Notes: generated by a model from the sequence alone, not told the origin. Shown: positions 17,824 to 30,487, counted from the first letter of the stretch. The stretch is DNA of 64,000 nt from Candidatus Hydrogenedentota bacterium (GCA_045863335.1 BTVY01000010.1:90188-154187); one strand, 5' to 3'. Numbers and translations: made by a program.

Positions 17824-19587
17824 TTATCCCTTCGGCGTGAGTATCACGTAGTGCGGCAGGCCCACGTAATCAAAGTTCCCCAGCACTTCGCTCGCCGGGG
17901 CTTGGTCGGGTTGTTCGGCCTGGTACTTGACCTTGACGAAGTTTTCGAGGCGCGCGAGGACGTCCGGGTCTTTGAAGGTGGTCTCGTTCATGACGAGACA
18001 GTTCTTGCACCAGGTGGCCCAGAAGTCGATGAGGACGGGCCTGTTCTGTTCGAGCGCGAGGGCGAGGCCTTCGTCGAGGGAGGAGGTCCAGCCTTCTTCG
18101 GTGAGGTTCTCGGCGCTGGCGACGACGGCTTCGCGGTCCACGAGATAGCGATCGCTGAAGAGGGTGTAGCCGAGATAGGCGTAGTACAGGGCGAAGCCGA
18201 GGATGAACACGCCGAAGGCTTGTTTCACTCGGACCATCCACATGCCCGGCTTCGGCAACAGCGACAGTCCCGCGCCCGCGAAGGGCCAGGGCAGGGCCAT
18301 GCCCACGCCTAAAAGAAAAGGCAGCACGAGGCCGACGGGTGATCCGTCGGCATAGGCGTCCTGCGCGTAGAGGATCACGGCGATGACGACGGGCGCGACG
18401 CAGGCGCCTGCGAGCAGCGCGTTGATGGACCCCATAATGAAGGCAAAGATGAAACTGCCCTTTTCCTTCTTGATGCCCAGCTTGCTCTGAAACTTAGAGA
18501 AATCGATCAAGATCAAATCGAACATGGCGAGGGCGAGAATAATAAAGACGATCGCGATTCCGAAGTTGAACCAGGGGGAGGCGTTGATCGTGCCAAAGGT
18601 ACCCGCGCCGAGCACGGCGACGAGACCGAGGATGCCGTAGACGGCAGCGATGCCGAGTCCGTAGAGTCCGCCGAGGCCGAATCCTTTCGCGCGCGATCCG
18701 GCTTGCGCGCCCGCGCCGATGATGGCGAGGTTAATGGGGATAAGCGGCAACACGCAGGGCGTCAAGTTCAGGGCCAGTCCACCCACGACCGTTAATAGCA
18801 CAATCGCGATAAGGCTTTTTCCCGCGAAGAAACTGGATTGGGAGAATCCTTCGCCGCTTTCCGACGCGTCGACAAACGCGATAAATTCCTCCGGCTTCAA
18901 ATAGCCGCCGGTCTCCCCGGCGATGGTGAACTGGGGTAGAAGTTCCTTCCAGTCGCCGGCCGCCGCCGACTGTGACTCGTCCGGCTCGTCCGGAATTGGC
19001 TCATCGACAACCGGTGCGGCGCCCTCGCCAAACGCAATGCGGCTGAACACGCCGGATTCCGTGGCCGTCGGGGATTCGCCCCCTGCCAGCACCGTAAGCG
19101 GGATGGTGAGATCGACGGTCTTCGGCGCGAGGCATTGGGTATCGTTGCAGGCCTGGTACCGCAGATGCGCGGGTATCTCGATGGTTCCCGCCGAAACGGT
19201 GTCCGCGACCTGTAAAACAATGCCGATGGGCACTTCACCTTCGTACACGGCGACGGGCTGGTCGGGGGAGAAGGAGAAGTTCTTGTTCTCCGCTTCGGGA
19301 TAGACGATCTCGACGACCGAGATGCCCTCTGGAACATCAAGGGTAACGGCCGTAGCGATCAGGAATTCTTCCAAGGGCTCGTGAGCGTTGATGTGGTACG
19401 GCTCGACAACATCCGCGACGATGGCTGCGCGGATGCTGCCGCCGGGGACTACGCCCGATTGTTTGAGGACGACCTCGGCGGAGAGGACGTCGGGTTGGTT
19501 TCCGAATTGGGCCTGCGCGGGAACGCATACGAAAGCTATTGCCAGCAATGCGAGGGCGATGGTTCCCCGACTAAGAGAGCTGAACAT
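17824..19587 (-). CDS. DsbD-like thiol:disulfide interchange protein
   Basis: Signal peptide, YQACND.QC N-domain, LTPCVLP and GACVAP TM motifs, WATWCKNC thioredoxin domain; start reassigned downstream of the repeat. Confidence 0.88.
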   Translation of the reverse strand: MFSSLSRGTIALALLAIAFVCVPAQAQFGNQPDVLSAEVVLKQSGVVPGGSIRAAIVADVVEPYHINAHEPLEEFLIATAVTLDVPEGISVVEIVYPEAENKNFSFSPDQPVAVYEGEVPIGIVLQVADTVSAGTIEIPAHLRYQACNDTQCLAPKTVDLTIPLTVLAGGESPTATESGVFSRIAFGEGAAPVVDEPIPDEPDESQSAAAGDWKELLPQFTIAGETGGYLKPEEFIAFVDASESGEGFSQSSFFAGKSLIAIVLLTVVGGLALNLTPCVLPLIPINLAIIGAGAQAGSRAKGFGLGGLYGLGIAAVYGILGLVAVLGAGTFGTINASPWFNFGIAIVFIILALAMFDLILIDFSKFQSKLGIKKEKGSFIFAFIMGSINALLAGACVAPVVIAVILYAQDAYADGSPVGLVLPFLLGVGMALPWPFAGAGLSLLPKPGMWMVRVKQAFGVFILGFALYYAYLGYTLFSDRYLVDREAVVASAENLTEEGWTSSLDEGLALALEQNRPVLIDFWATWCKNCLVMNETTFKDPDVLARLENFVKVKYQAEQPDQAPASEVLGNFDYVGLPHYVILTPKG

Positions 19588-19610
19588 TGTGATTGGGATC
19601 GAAGCAAAGA

Positions 19611-19766
19611 ACATCCCCCTTGATCCCCATTCAAAGGGGGAATGGGCGCGCGCTTCGCGGCGCGCGAGTCTGCATAGCGAGACTTTCGAATAGTCGATAC
19701 GCTTCGTGCGGCCTAAGAACCGCCGATTACGGGATTCCCCCTTTGAAGGGGGATCAAGGGGGATGT
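19611..19766. repeat. REPIN/MITE-like element, copy 1 (32 bp inverted arms, 92 bp core)
   Basis: ACATCCCCCTTGATCCCCATTCAAAGGGGGAA ... TTCCCCCTTTGAAGGGGGATCAAGGGGGATGT, one mismatch between arms. Confidence 0.8.
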
Positions 19767-19857
19767 AATTCTTTCTTGAAATCATGTTCGTTCTACATCC
19801 TTCGTAATGCTGAAACTGCCCGATCTCATTCGGACGATTTGGTGACATTCGACTCGA

Positions 19858-22107
<2,250 letters not shown>

Positions 22108-22250
22108 GATCGAGCAAACACGCGCCTTTCCAAGGCCATTCCATTGCGTTCCTTGTGGACTATCGCCTCGCGACACAGCTTATGTATTCTATCCACTGGC
22201 CAATTAGAAGTCATGCGCGCGAATGCGCGAGCACGAGAGGGGTTGGAACA

Positions 22251-22964
22251 ATGCAGATTCTGAAGGGGCTCTACCAGGTGGGCGGCGATTTGAATGGCGT
22301 GACCTGGGCGGGGGTCGATGCAGGGTACGAAGATGGGAACACGTACGTTCTCGACGCGCCTGACGGCTTGCTCCTATTTGATTGCGGGTGCGGCGACACG
22401 CTGGACCAGATCTACGACAACATGCGGTACTGGAACCTCGCGCCGGAAAACATCAAGGCCTGCATCCTGACTCATCCGCATTTCGACCACACGGCGGGCG
22501 CGCATTTCTTGAAGGCGCGGGGAGTCCCGCTTTGGGCGCATGCCAACACAGCCGAGGCCATGCGCGCCGGCGACGAACGGTGCTGCGGCTATCTTTATCA
22601 CAAGGTGTACACGCCGTGCGAAGTGGACCACGAACTTCAGGACGGCGACCGCATCAACGTACTCGGCATCGATATCGAGGTCATGCATCTTCCGGGTCAC
22701 AGCATGGGGTGTACGGCGTACTTCTTCGACTACGAAGGAAAACGAATCGTGGTGAGCGGCGACGTCATCGGCACCTTGCTGGCCGGCGATTTCGGGTGGA
22801 GCGGTTCGATCGATTTCAATAAACCGGTTTACATGGAGTCGTTGAAACGTTTTGCCCGGATCGACACGGATATGATGCTGCCCGGGCACGGGATGATCTA
22901 TTTCCACAAACCGCGGCGCCGCGTGGAGCAAGCCCTGAACAGCGCGCTCATGGAGTGGCGTTGA
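22251..22964 (+). CDS. MBL-fold metallo-hydrolase
   Basis: THPHFDH, PGHS, SGD, LPGHG; GAGGGG RBS before ATG 22251. Confidence 0.85.
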   Translation: MQILKGLYQVGGDLNGVTWAGVDAGYEDGNTYVLDAPDGLLLFDCGCGDTLDQIYDNMRYWNLAPENIKACILTHPHFDHTAGAHFLKARGVPLWAHANTAEAMRAGDERCCGYLYHKVYTPCEVDHELQDGDRINVLGIDIEVMHLPGHSMGCTAYFFDYEGKRIVVSGDVIGTLLAGDFGWSGSIDFNKPVYMESLKRFARIDTDMMLPGHGMIYFHKPRRRVEQALNSALMEWR

Positions 22965-23016
22965 ATTGCGCTGCCCATCGCTTCGAGTTCCGGATGGACA
23001 ATAGGCGAAGGCCCGA

Positions 23017-24498
23017 TTATTCCTGGTCTTCGATCCCGAGGGACTCGTACTCCCAATCGGCCAGCGGGGTCATATGGTCGTAATCGGGGTCGATGCCCAG
23101 TCCGAATCCGGGTTGCTCGAGTGATACGAGGTTGATTCGGCCGTCGCGAATACGCAGGCGTGCGGTGTCGCGGAAGGGCTCGTACAGCGTGCCGTGGGTG
23201 TCGAGGCAATCTGCCAATTCGAACGGCGAAACGTGGGCGAGCGTGCCGCAGTAGTGGTGGCCGTTGCGCTCCGCATGGGTGAGGCCCAGCGCGCTGAGGG
23301 TACAGAGGTCCTGCTGCAATGGCACGATGGGTTGGTTGCAGAGGTCTTCTCCGGATAGCAGATATCCATCGCCATCGGCGCCGTTGTAGTAATCGACGAG
23401 CATCTTGTTCAGGAAACCTTTGAAGACCCCTTTGCAGTTCTTCACGCTGACACCCCGGTACCCGAGGGCCACGGCCTGTTTGAAGGATTCCACATCGTCG
23501 TCGGACTCATCGATGATGACCGGGGGCAGGTCGCCGGCGCGTTCCAGGCCCGCGGCCCCCTCGTCCGACAAGGCCGCGGCACGTTCGATCGGTTGCTCGA
23601 TAAAAATGACCCGTTCCAGTAGATTGCGCAGGCCGTTCTCATACTCGAAGGCCGCGTACCAGGATTCCAACGCATCGCAACTTGGGAACTGCTCGTTGCC
23701 GTCCAGTGTCACTTCGTACTTGCCGGGCAAAACTTCGTCCAACAGCCGCGCGATTGCGGTTAACCGAGCGCGGTCCACATCGAGGTCGGCGGAGACTTTG
23801 ATTTTGAAGTAGCGCACACCCGCTTCGCGAATCCACGCTTCGAGACTCTGGGGAATGCCGTCGTCCAATCTATCGCCGGGCGCGATATCGGCATCGTGAA
23901 TGGGATCGCCGAGCCCGACGGTGTGACGAACGAACATGCTGCGCGCCGGGGCGACCGCGACGGCCTCCCGCGGCTGACGCCCCTGCAGTTCATCGTGAAC
24001 CGCGCCGGGATCGATGCCGAGCACGTTTTCCCGGAGCGCGCTGTGAAAGTCCATCCCCGCGAATTTATTGGTCGCGTCGATCAGGGCGCGCTCGATGATC
24101 GAGGAACCGAAGCTCCCGGTTAGGCCGTTCAACCCCACCAGCGACGCCGCTTCGAGGGTGACTTCGCAGGCCTCCTGCCAGATATCGAAGGCTGGTCGAA
24201 GCTGTGCGCCCACATCGCGGTAGGCCTGTGCCCCGGTTTTGGCGGCGAGGATCAGGTCGCTGATGTTCCGGCGATACGACTTGTCCGGTGACTTGTCAAA
24301 CCACTTGGGGGGCAGCATGTCAGCGCTCGCCCCGTAAGCCGTGGCGCCTTCCCCACAGCGTGCGACAAGCCGTGCGTGAAAGAGCGGTGCGGCAACCAGG
24401 CAGGCTTTGCCATACCGGAACGGCAATCGCATCGTCACGTTGCGCATAAAGAATTCAATGGATTCAATCGCAACCGGGATGACGTTACCAACGCTCAT
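23017..24498 (-). CDS. Uncharacterised enolase-superfamily protein
   Basis: FKIK, LDGNEQ, IEQP, IDES metal-ligand pattern; ATGA overlap with the CYTH gene. Confidence 0.7.
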   Translation of the reverse strand: MSVGNVIPVAIESIEFFMRNVTMRLPFRYGKACLVAAPLFHARLVARCGEGATAYGASADMLPPKWFDKSPDKSYRRNISDLILAAKTGAQAYRDVGAQLRPAFDIWQEACEVTLEAASLVGLNGLTGSFGSSIIERALIDATNKFAGMDFHSALRENVLGIDPGAVHDELQGRQPREAVAVAPARSMFVRHTVGLGDPIHDADIAPGDRLDDGIPQSLEAWIREAGVRYFKIKVSADLDVDRARLTAIARLLDEVLPGKYEVTLDGNEQFPSCDALESWYAAFEYENGLRNLLERVIFIEQPIERAAALSDEGAAGLERAGDLPPVIIDESDDDVESFKQAVALGYRGVSVKNCKGVFKGFLNKMLVDYYNGADGDGYLLSGEDLCNQPIVPLQQDLCTLSALGLTHAERNGHHYCGTLAHVSPFELADCLDTHGTLYEPFRDTARLRIRDGRINLVSLEQPGFGLGIDPDYDHMTPLADWEYESLGIEDQE

Positions 24499-24968
24499 CG
24501 TTTTCTCCACACGGAGTACGGATACAGGCTGAGATTGGAATTCAGGTAGCGGGGATCGTGAGAGACTTCGGCGAGCGCCCACTCCGGTTTGATGAATGCT
24601 TGTTCCGGATCGTCCAACTCCACCTCGGCGACAATCAGTCCCTCATTTGCGCCTTCGAACACGTCGATTTCCCAGCGCATACCGCCGTAATCGGCATAGT
24701 AACGGGTCTTCTCCACGATTCGGCCAAGACAGGCCTCCTCAAGTAGCTCCTCTGCGTCGTCCAGGGGAATCTCGTACTCGAACTCCATCCGTTCGATCTC
24801 GACCGTGGACGTCTTGATGTTCAGCGTTCCCACGCTGTCCATGATCCGCACGCGAACGGCCACTGGAGGACCGATTGAAAGATACCCTTGTTTGCAATGT
24901 TTGAACCGATCGGTTGGGCGCCACGCCTCCCGGTTTACGAGAAACTTGCGTTCAATCTCCAAGGCCAT
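24495..24968 (-). CDS. CYTH domain protein (triphosphate tunnel metalloenzyme)
   Basis: EIERKF, QGYL, EFEYEI, KTR, WEID.F, AEVE, EVS.DPRY.NS. Confidence 0.9.
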   Translation of the reverse strand: MALEIERKFLVNREAWRPTDRFKHCKQGYLSIGPPVAVRVRIMDSVGTLNIKTSTVEIERMEFEYEIPLDDAEELLEEACLGRIVEKTRYYADYGGMRWEIDVFEGANEGLIVAEVELDDPEQAFIKPEWALAEVSHDPRYLNSNLSLYPYSVWRKR

Positions 24969-25006
24969 AGTCAAAACTTCTCCATCGCCCGGCATTTCGT
25001 TCTTGA

Positions 25007-25504
25007 TTACATTTGCTCGTCCGCGGTAGGACCGTAAATCTGCGGGAGGGGGACATCGTTCATTCGCAGGTACACCGTAAGCTGACCGCGGTGGTGGATC
25101 AAGTGGCTTACGAGAAAGCTGCGCAGCACTTCCATCCGCGGCGCTTCGATCACCACGTTGCCTTCCCACTTCATGCGCCACGTGTTCGATACAGCGCCCT
25201 CTTCCGCGCTTTCCAAGGCCTTGCGCGCGTCGATGACGTTCATGTCGAAGGTCTTCAGCAATTCGTCCCGGTCTTTCGCCATGAAGGGCTTGTAGGTATC
25301 GGGACCCATATCGAGTACGTCGTCATTGACGACCCAGGCCGCCCATTGAGGATTCTCCGCAATATGCGACGCGAGCTGGCCCAGCCCCATGGACTTGTCG
25401 TGCGGTTTCCATCCGAATCGATCTTCCGGCACGCGTTCCAGGATCCGCCGCGTCGCGGCGCATTCCTTCACAAACTCCTCAATAAACGGCGCCAATTGGC
25501 TCAT
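25007..25504 (-). CDS. DinB-family protein
   Basis: WKPHDKSM.LG.LASH, H.IHHRGQLTVYLR..D.P.P.IYGPTAD. Confidence 0.9.
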   Translation of the reverse strand: MSQLAPFIEEFVKECAATRRILERVPEDRFGWKPHDKSMGLGQLASHIAENPQWAAWVVNDDVLDMGPDTYKPFMAKDRDELLKTFDMNVIDARKALESAEEGAVSNTWRMKWEGNVVIEAPRMEVLRSFLVSHLIHHRGQLTVYLRMNDVPLPQIYGPTADEQM

Positions 25505-25599
25505 GTCGTTTCTCCCTTTGTCACACCAGTCCCACGAGGTTGGGTTGCAGCCCGGGTGTTATTGTAGCGGGTCGAAGTCACACGGGCAACGCAAGGACT

Positions 25600-25657
25600 C
25601 TTGGGCTGGAAGCCCAAGGCACCTCGAAAACACGGCCTGGTAGGCCGTGTCACCTCG
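25600..25657. repeat. REP-like tandem pair, same family as 13157-13238 in opposite orientation
   Basis: CTTGGGCTGGAAGCCCAAGGCACCTCG and CACGGCCTGGTAGGCCGTGTCACCTCG. Confidence 0.75.
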
Positions 25658-25671
25658 TGCCAAGGCGGGAG

Positions 25672-25819
25672 AGTGGGGTTTTCCAGCCCGCTTTTTCGGT
25701 AAGGAATGGAGTTCTACGGAACCTTCTCAACAGGGGATGGAACGCGTCGAGCGCTGCAAACGGGTATGACTCCCTACGAATTGAGCGATTGGCGTCACGG
25801 GTTGGAAAACCCGCGCTAC
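25672..25819. repeat. Inverted REP doublet (REPIN-like)
   Basis: AGTGGGGTTTTCCAGCCCGCT ... CACGGGTTGGAAAACCCGCGCTAC about 100 bp apart. Confidence 0.55.
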
Positions 25820-26155
25820 TGGGAGTCCTGATGGTTCTGTGGTGGAATCACCCGCAACCCCGAGCCGCCGCGCGCGCTTGGCCCGAGCTTGCCACTACGC
25901 GCATTCGTTAGCAGGGCGCGGCACTCGCGGACCGCGTTGATAACGACTCGTTCGACGTCCTCGTGCTCGGCAGCACGGGGTTGCCGGGTGAATCTCCACC
26001 GGTCAGCGTTGACGTCTCCCTCCGAGGAGCCCGTTCGCTTCCGCATCGCGAGCGGGCCGCCGGTTTGGTCGCTTCCTCTTCCGCGGAGGACGGACGCTCC
26101 CCGCCGATATGTCCGTATTCAGGCCGAGCAGCCGTTTTGAATGTCGATTGCCGGA

Positions 26156-26194
26156 CAGCAAGAACCCCCGGCTGGGGATCCGGGGGCTTTGCTG
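26156..26194. repeat. Imperfect hairpin in a long intergenic region
   Basis: CAGCAAGAACCCCCGG / CCGGGGGCTTTGCTG. Confidence 0.45.
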
Positions 26195-26568
26195 GGACCG
26201 TGCTTTTCCGTCTTCTAAGCGAGACGTGTGGAATAGAGCAATGGCCGTGCCAATCGAAGTCGCGAGGCGCAAATTCGGGCTAAACCCAATAGCGACACCA
26301 CGCTATTCAAATTGCGATCAAAATCGGCCCTCGGTTCCCCGTTGACGAATTCTCGCCAGACTGACGAACTGCCGTCATCGCGCCGCCCAATATGTGTCGA
26401 AGTATTATTCGCTTTGCAGTTTTACCCTGTTCTGTCCATGATTCGATAGGCACTCGTCCTGCGAGGCCAAGGTGTTGAGTGATCGCCGGTAACCTGCGTT
26501 ACGGGAAATACTTGCAAAATCTCCGCCTTTCAGGCACCCTTCAATGGGGAAGGTATAGGGAGACCACT

Positions 26569-28998
26569 ATGCCTAGCAGTGAAACAACGCAGTTGCGCAT
26601 TTACTGCGTTTGCGGGCAGAAGATGAAGGTGTCTGAAGACATGTTCGGACGCCCGGGCAAGTGCGTGGCGTGCCGGCAGAAGATCCGCATCCCGCGTCCG
26701 GAAGAGCTTCCCGCCAATACCAGCGAACTGTATCTGAAGGACCATCCCGAGTTCCTGCGCAAGGTCAAGCACCGTCCCGTTGACGAGCGCGAGGTCTCCC
26801 CGCCCGCCGAGGAGGATGGAAAACGGAAGCGGCTCTCGGCACCCATCGACGTGCTGGAACCCTTGCGACTGCTGTGTAGCTTGCGCGCGATTGCCGACAA
26901 GCAGATTCGCGCCTTGGACGAGTTGAGTCCCAAGGCCGCAAAAGCGGAAAGCGCGAACCGGGCCGAACTGCTGGGGCACCGCACGCGCATCAAGAATCTC
27001 CAGGCTGATCTTGAGGAAGAACTGCGCCAACGGCTGATGGAGACGGCGATCGAGCTGAGTTCCGTTCAGGAGAAGATCGCCGAATTGAGCCTGGCAGTGC
27101 GCGTCGGGGAGGTCTCGTTTCCGGAATACCAGGAGCACGTGGAACGTCTGCGGCGCAAACGCGATCACTTCGAACGACGTCAAACGAATCTTCGCGGCTG
27201 GCTGACGGTTGAGGATCCCTACAGGGCAGGCGGGCTCCAGGATGTGTCGTTGAGCCAGATTCCGGGTTCGCTTCCCCGCATCACGCTCCCGGGGGAACCA
27301 GACACCGGAACGTCGCTGCTGAATTCCCACGTCGAGGAATTGCGCTTGGCGTTTGAACAGCGATTCCTTGCGGAACGCAAGCTCGGCGAAGCGGAACGCA
27401 TGAAGACCGGCCCGGCCATGTCTGAACGTTCGATGGAAGAGTGTCTTGCCGAAGCGGAGGCCGAACGCGGCCGTGCGCGTGTGCGCGTGCAGTTTTGCCG
27501 GGAACGGTTGGAACAATTGGCCGAGGACTTTGCCAGCGACATGGACGGGTTGGACGCGCAACTCGACCACGCCCGCGGACGCTTGAAGGCGGGCCGGATC
27601 GACCGGGAGGAATTTAACGAGGTGGAGCGGCGGTGCCTGCGGGCGCGGGGCGATTTGACCAAAGCCCGCGCGCTGGTGGTGCGCGCCCTCGCCGCCAATA
27701 CTACGGACGACGTGCCCCGCCTGCGCGGCACCTTCCTTGACCGGCTCGCAAAACCGACCCGGCCGACGCGCACGCCCGCCGAGTCTTGGGTGGCGTTTGT
27801 ATCCGCCGCCCTGATGCTGTTTGTGCTGTTTCAGCCGATCGCGGGAGAGTCCACGCCGCTTGAGCTGTACCGTGCGCTTGCGGCGCAAGGGGCCGAGTCG
27901 CATTGGCTCGTGTCCTTTCCCATGGTTACCGCCATTCTTATCGCCCTGATTTCATTTGTTCCACAACGGACGGTGCGTGGCCTTGCTCTTGCCGTAATAT
28001 GGCTGTTGGCGGGTTTGCTCTCGGCAGTGTATTTCCACGAGGCAGCTTACGAGATGGGATTAGTCGCCGAGCGGTTGCGCGATGGCGGACCCTTGCTTCA
28101 GCGCACGGGGATCGTGGTCTATTTCCTCTCGCTCTGCGGTGTCGGCATTGCGTCGGCCATCGCGCTGTTGCCGCCCCGCGATACGCGGCCCGTTTTCCCT
28201 GTCGTGGCCTTGGTCATGGCGGTGGGGTTGGTGGCCATCTTCACGGACTTTGCCGGCATGCGCGTGGCCTCGCCCGTAATCGATGTTACGCCAACCCTTA
28301 TCGAGGGCGAGTATCCCGCACGCTACGAGACCAACGTAACGGTGCGCAACGAAGGCGCCCGGATTCTAGTGCTGGCCTCCGATTCGACCATGGCCAACGC
28401 CTACGATTTCATCCTGGACTCACAGATCGGGGAATCGTCCTGGGCGGACGCCGGTACCCCGGAGAAGATTGTCGCCGGCGGGCGCGAGTTCAAGATAGCA
28501 TCGGCAGGACCCCAGATTGTCTCCATCCCGGGAGGGAGTGAGGCGGTAATGACCTTCCGTCTATCCCCAGGGACCTACCGGGTGTTGCTCAACGCGAACG
28601 ATCCCGCAAAGTCGAGACAGCGTGAATTCACGTTGGAGGGTCGGGAAGAAACCGCAGCACCCGCGCCTGAGGGGACCGCGCAAGGCGAGGAACCGGGTGA
28701 GGCCGCGCAACCGCCCTTGTCTCCGGAGCTGCTCCGTCAGATCGCGCCACAGGTGGTGTTACGCGGCGTTATGGCGACGCCGGGCAAGCCGGCAGTTTTC
28801 TCCATTCTGGTCTCTCTGCCCGACGGCCGCTCCCGCGCTGAAACGTATTCCGTAGGCGACGAAGTCTACGACGGCTGGGTCGCGGGCGAGTTCAATCCCC
28901 AAGAGCAAACCGTCACGCTCACCAAAGGCAGCGATATCCTCATCCTCCGCCGCGGCGAGACCTACGTCCTCGCCCCGCCGAATGGTCCGGCGAGCTGA
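26569..28998 (+). CDS. Large multidomain membrane protein (Zn ribbon, coiled coil, about 5 TM, beta-rich periplasmic part)
   Basis: CVCG...CVAC; long E/R/L helical region; hydrophobic helices; C-terminal LRGVM...YSVGD.V.DGW; GGGAG RBS. Confidence 0.7.
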   Translation: MPSSETTQLRIYCVCGQKMKVSEDMFGRPGKCVACRQKIRIPRPEELPANTSELYLKDHPEFLRKVKHRPVDEREVSPPAEEDGKRKRLSAPIDVLEPLRLLCSLRAIADKQIRALDELSPKAAKAESANRAELLGHRTRIKNLQADLEEELRQRLMETAIELSSVQEKIAELSLAVRVGEVSFPEYQEHVERLRRKRDHFERRQTNLRGWLTVEDPYRAGGLQDVSLSQIPGSLPRITLPGEPDTGTSLLNSHVEELRLAFEQRFLAERKLGEAERMKTGPAMSERSMEECLAEAEAERGRARVRVQFCRERLEQLAEDFASDMDGLDAQLDHARGRLKAGRIDREEFNEVERRCLRARGDLTKARALVVRALAANTTDDVPRLRGTFLDRLAKPTRPTRTPAESWVAFVSAALMLFVLFQPIAGESTPLELYRALAAQGAESHWLVSFPMVTAILIALISFVPQRTVRGLALAVIWLLAGLLSAVYFHEAAYEMGLVAERLRDGGPLLQRTGIVVYFLSLCGVGIASAIALLPPRDTRPVFPVVALVMAVGLVAIFTDFAGMRVASPVIDVTPTLIEGEYPARYETNVTVRNEGARILVLASDSTMANAYDFILDSQIGESSWADAGTPEKIVAGGREFKIASAGPQIVSIPGGSEAVMTFRLSPGTYRVLLNANDPAKSRQREFTLEGREETAAPAPEGTAQGEEPGEAAQPPLSPELLRQIAPQVVLRGVMATPGKPAVFSILVSLPDGRSRAETYSVGDEVYDGWVAGEFNPQEQTVTLTKGSDILILRRGETYVLAPPNGPAS

Positions 28999-29007
28999 TG
29001 GGAATGG

Positions 29008-30363
29008 TTACTCTACGCCCGTAAGCTTGAACACGTAGGCGTGCTGGCAGGGCACCTTGTCCGGCGTGAGCGCGGGCACGTCAATTGCGAGTTTGCCGTC
29101 GTTCACTTCGGATGCGATGGCGTCAGCCACTCCAAGCATGGTCACCTTCGTATTCGCGCCCGCTTTGGGCGTTGCGAGCGTGAGTGTATCGCCGGGCCAC
29201 TTCAGGCAGATGGCGTAGACGGCGCCGTCTTTGGTCGTGTAGCGGATGTCGTCGCCTTCGCGGGTTTCGCGCCAGGCTTCGGTGCCGTAGATGGCCTCAC
29301 CGTTCACCTCCAGCCACTTCCCCATATCGAGCAGGCGCTGCTGCATGATGACGGGTATGCGGCCGTCAGCAGTCGGGCCGATATCGAGCAAGAGATTGCC
29401 GCCGCGGCTCGTGTTGTCGATGAGAAGATGGAGCAGTTCTGTTGCGCTGCGGTAGTTGTCGGCGTTCTCGTTGCGGTTATAGCCGAAGGAGCGTCCCATG
29501 CCTTGGCACTCTTCGAAACGGCCGAGGTCGATGAGACGGCCTTCGGGGATGTGTCCGTACTCCGGCGTGGCAAATCCGCCGTGGACGTTGCGGGTGTCCT
29601 TGCCCCAGCGGTCGTTGACGACGACATCCTTCGGTGCGTCGGACTCGTTGAACAACCATGCGAGAAACTCCGGGCTGTGCCATTTGTCGCTGGTGGCGTC
29701 CCACTCGCCGTCCGGCCAGACGATGTCGGGCTTGTAGCGCTGCACGAGGTCCTTCAACTGCGGCAGCATGTGCTCCTGCGCGTAACGCTCGATGTCGCCG
29801 CTTTGGTACAGGGGGTTGTACCACTCGTAGATGGAATAGTAATAGCCCATGCGCAGGCCCTTCGCGCGAACGGAATTGATGAGGTCGCCGCAGAGATCGC
29901 GGTGGGGTCCGATGTCGACGCTGTTCCAGTTCCAGGCTTGGGCGCTGGGCCACAAGGCGAAGCCTTCGTGGTGCTTCGACGTCAGCACGACATACTTCGC
30001 GCCGGAGCGCTGAAAAATGTCCGCCCATTCGTCGGGATTGAAGAGTTCCGCCTTGAACATGGGCGCGAAGTCTTGATATTGGAAATCTTCGCCGTAGGTT
30101 TCTACGTGAAACTTCCAGGTCTCGCCGTCCTTGTTCTGCATGTCGTGCCAGTACCATTCGGAGTAGCGGTCTTTCGGACCCCAGGCCGGCACGGAATACA
30201 CGCCCCAGTGGATGAAGATGCCGAACTTGGCATCTTCGAACCATTGTGGATTGGGCCGAGCGTCGAGCGATTCCCAGGTGGGTTCGTAGGTTACGTCTTG
30301 CGCGAAAGCTCCAGCGGCGAGAAAAAGGCAGAGGGACGTTAGAAGAACGCGTGAAAAAGTCAT
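29008..30363 (-). CDS. Alpha-L-fucosidase (GH29)
   Basis: YEPTWESLD, WFEDAKFGIFIHWG, TSKHHEGF, WPDG, VVNDRW, GGNLLL.IGP. Confidence 0.95.
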   Translation of the reverse strand: MTFSRVLLTSLCLFLAAGAFAQDVTYEPTWESLDARPNPQWFEDAKFGIFIHWGVYSVPAWGPKDRYSEWYWHDMQNKDGETWKFHVETYGEDFQYQDFAPMFKAELFNPDEWADIFQRSGAKYVVLTSKHHEGFALWPSAQAWNWNSVDIGPHRDLCGDLINSVRAKGLRMGYYYSIYEWYNPLYQSGDIERYAQEHMLPQLKDLVQRYKPDIVWPDGEWDATSDKWHSPEFLAWLFNESDAPKDVVVNDRWGKDTRNVHGGFATPEYGHIPEGRLIDLGRFEECQGMGRSFGYNRNENADNYRSATELLHLLIDNTSRGGNLLLDIGPTADGRIPVIMQQRLLDMGKWLEVNGEAIYGTEAWRETREGDDIRYTTKDGAVYAICLKWPGDTLTLATPKAGANTKVTMLGVADAIASEVNDGKLAIDVPALTPDKVPCQHAYVFKLTGVE

Positions 30364-30487
30364 GGCTGGTCTCCCCAATTTGGATCCGTTCTATCCGATG
30401 GGGACGGCGGAAATCAATGCGCGCGCCGCACCTAGCGGCACGGCGCACGCGAAACTCCGTCCTGAGCGAGCGGGATCGATCGCTACA

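Noticed and set aside
19588-19848. Extended DsbD N-terminus, and the similar ORF 60743-60988 containing PLDPPSKGE
   Set aside because: Translations of the inverted-repeat element, not protein sequence
25820-26340. RNase P RNA, tmRNA or SRP RNA in the long intergenic region
   Set aside because: No GAGGAAAGTCC, tRNA-like ends or SRP domain IV motif found by eye on either strand
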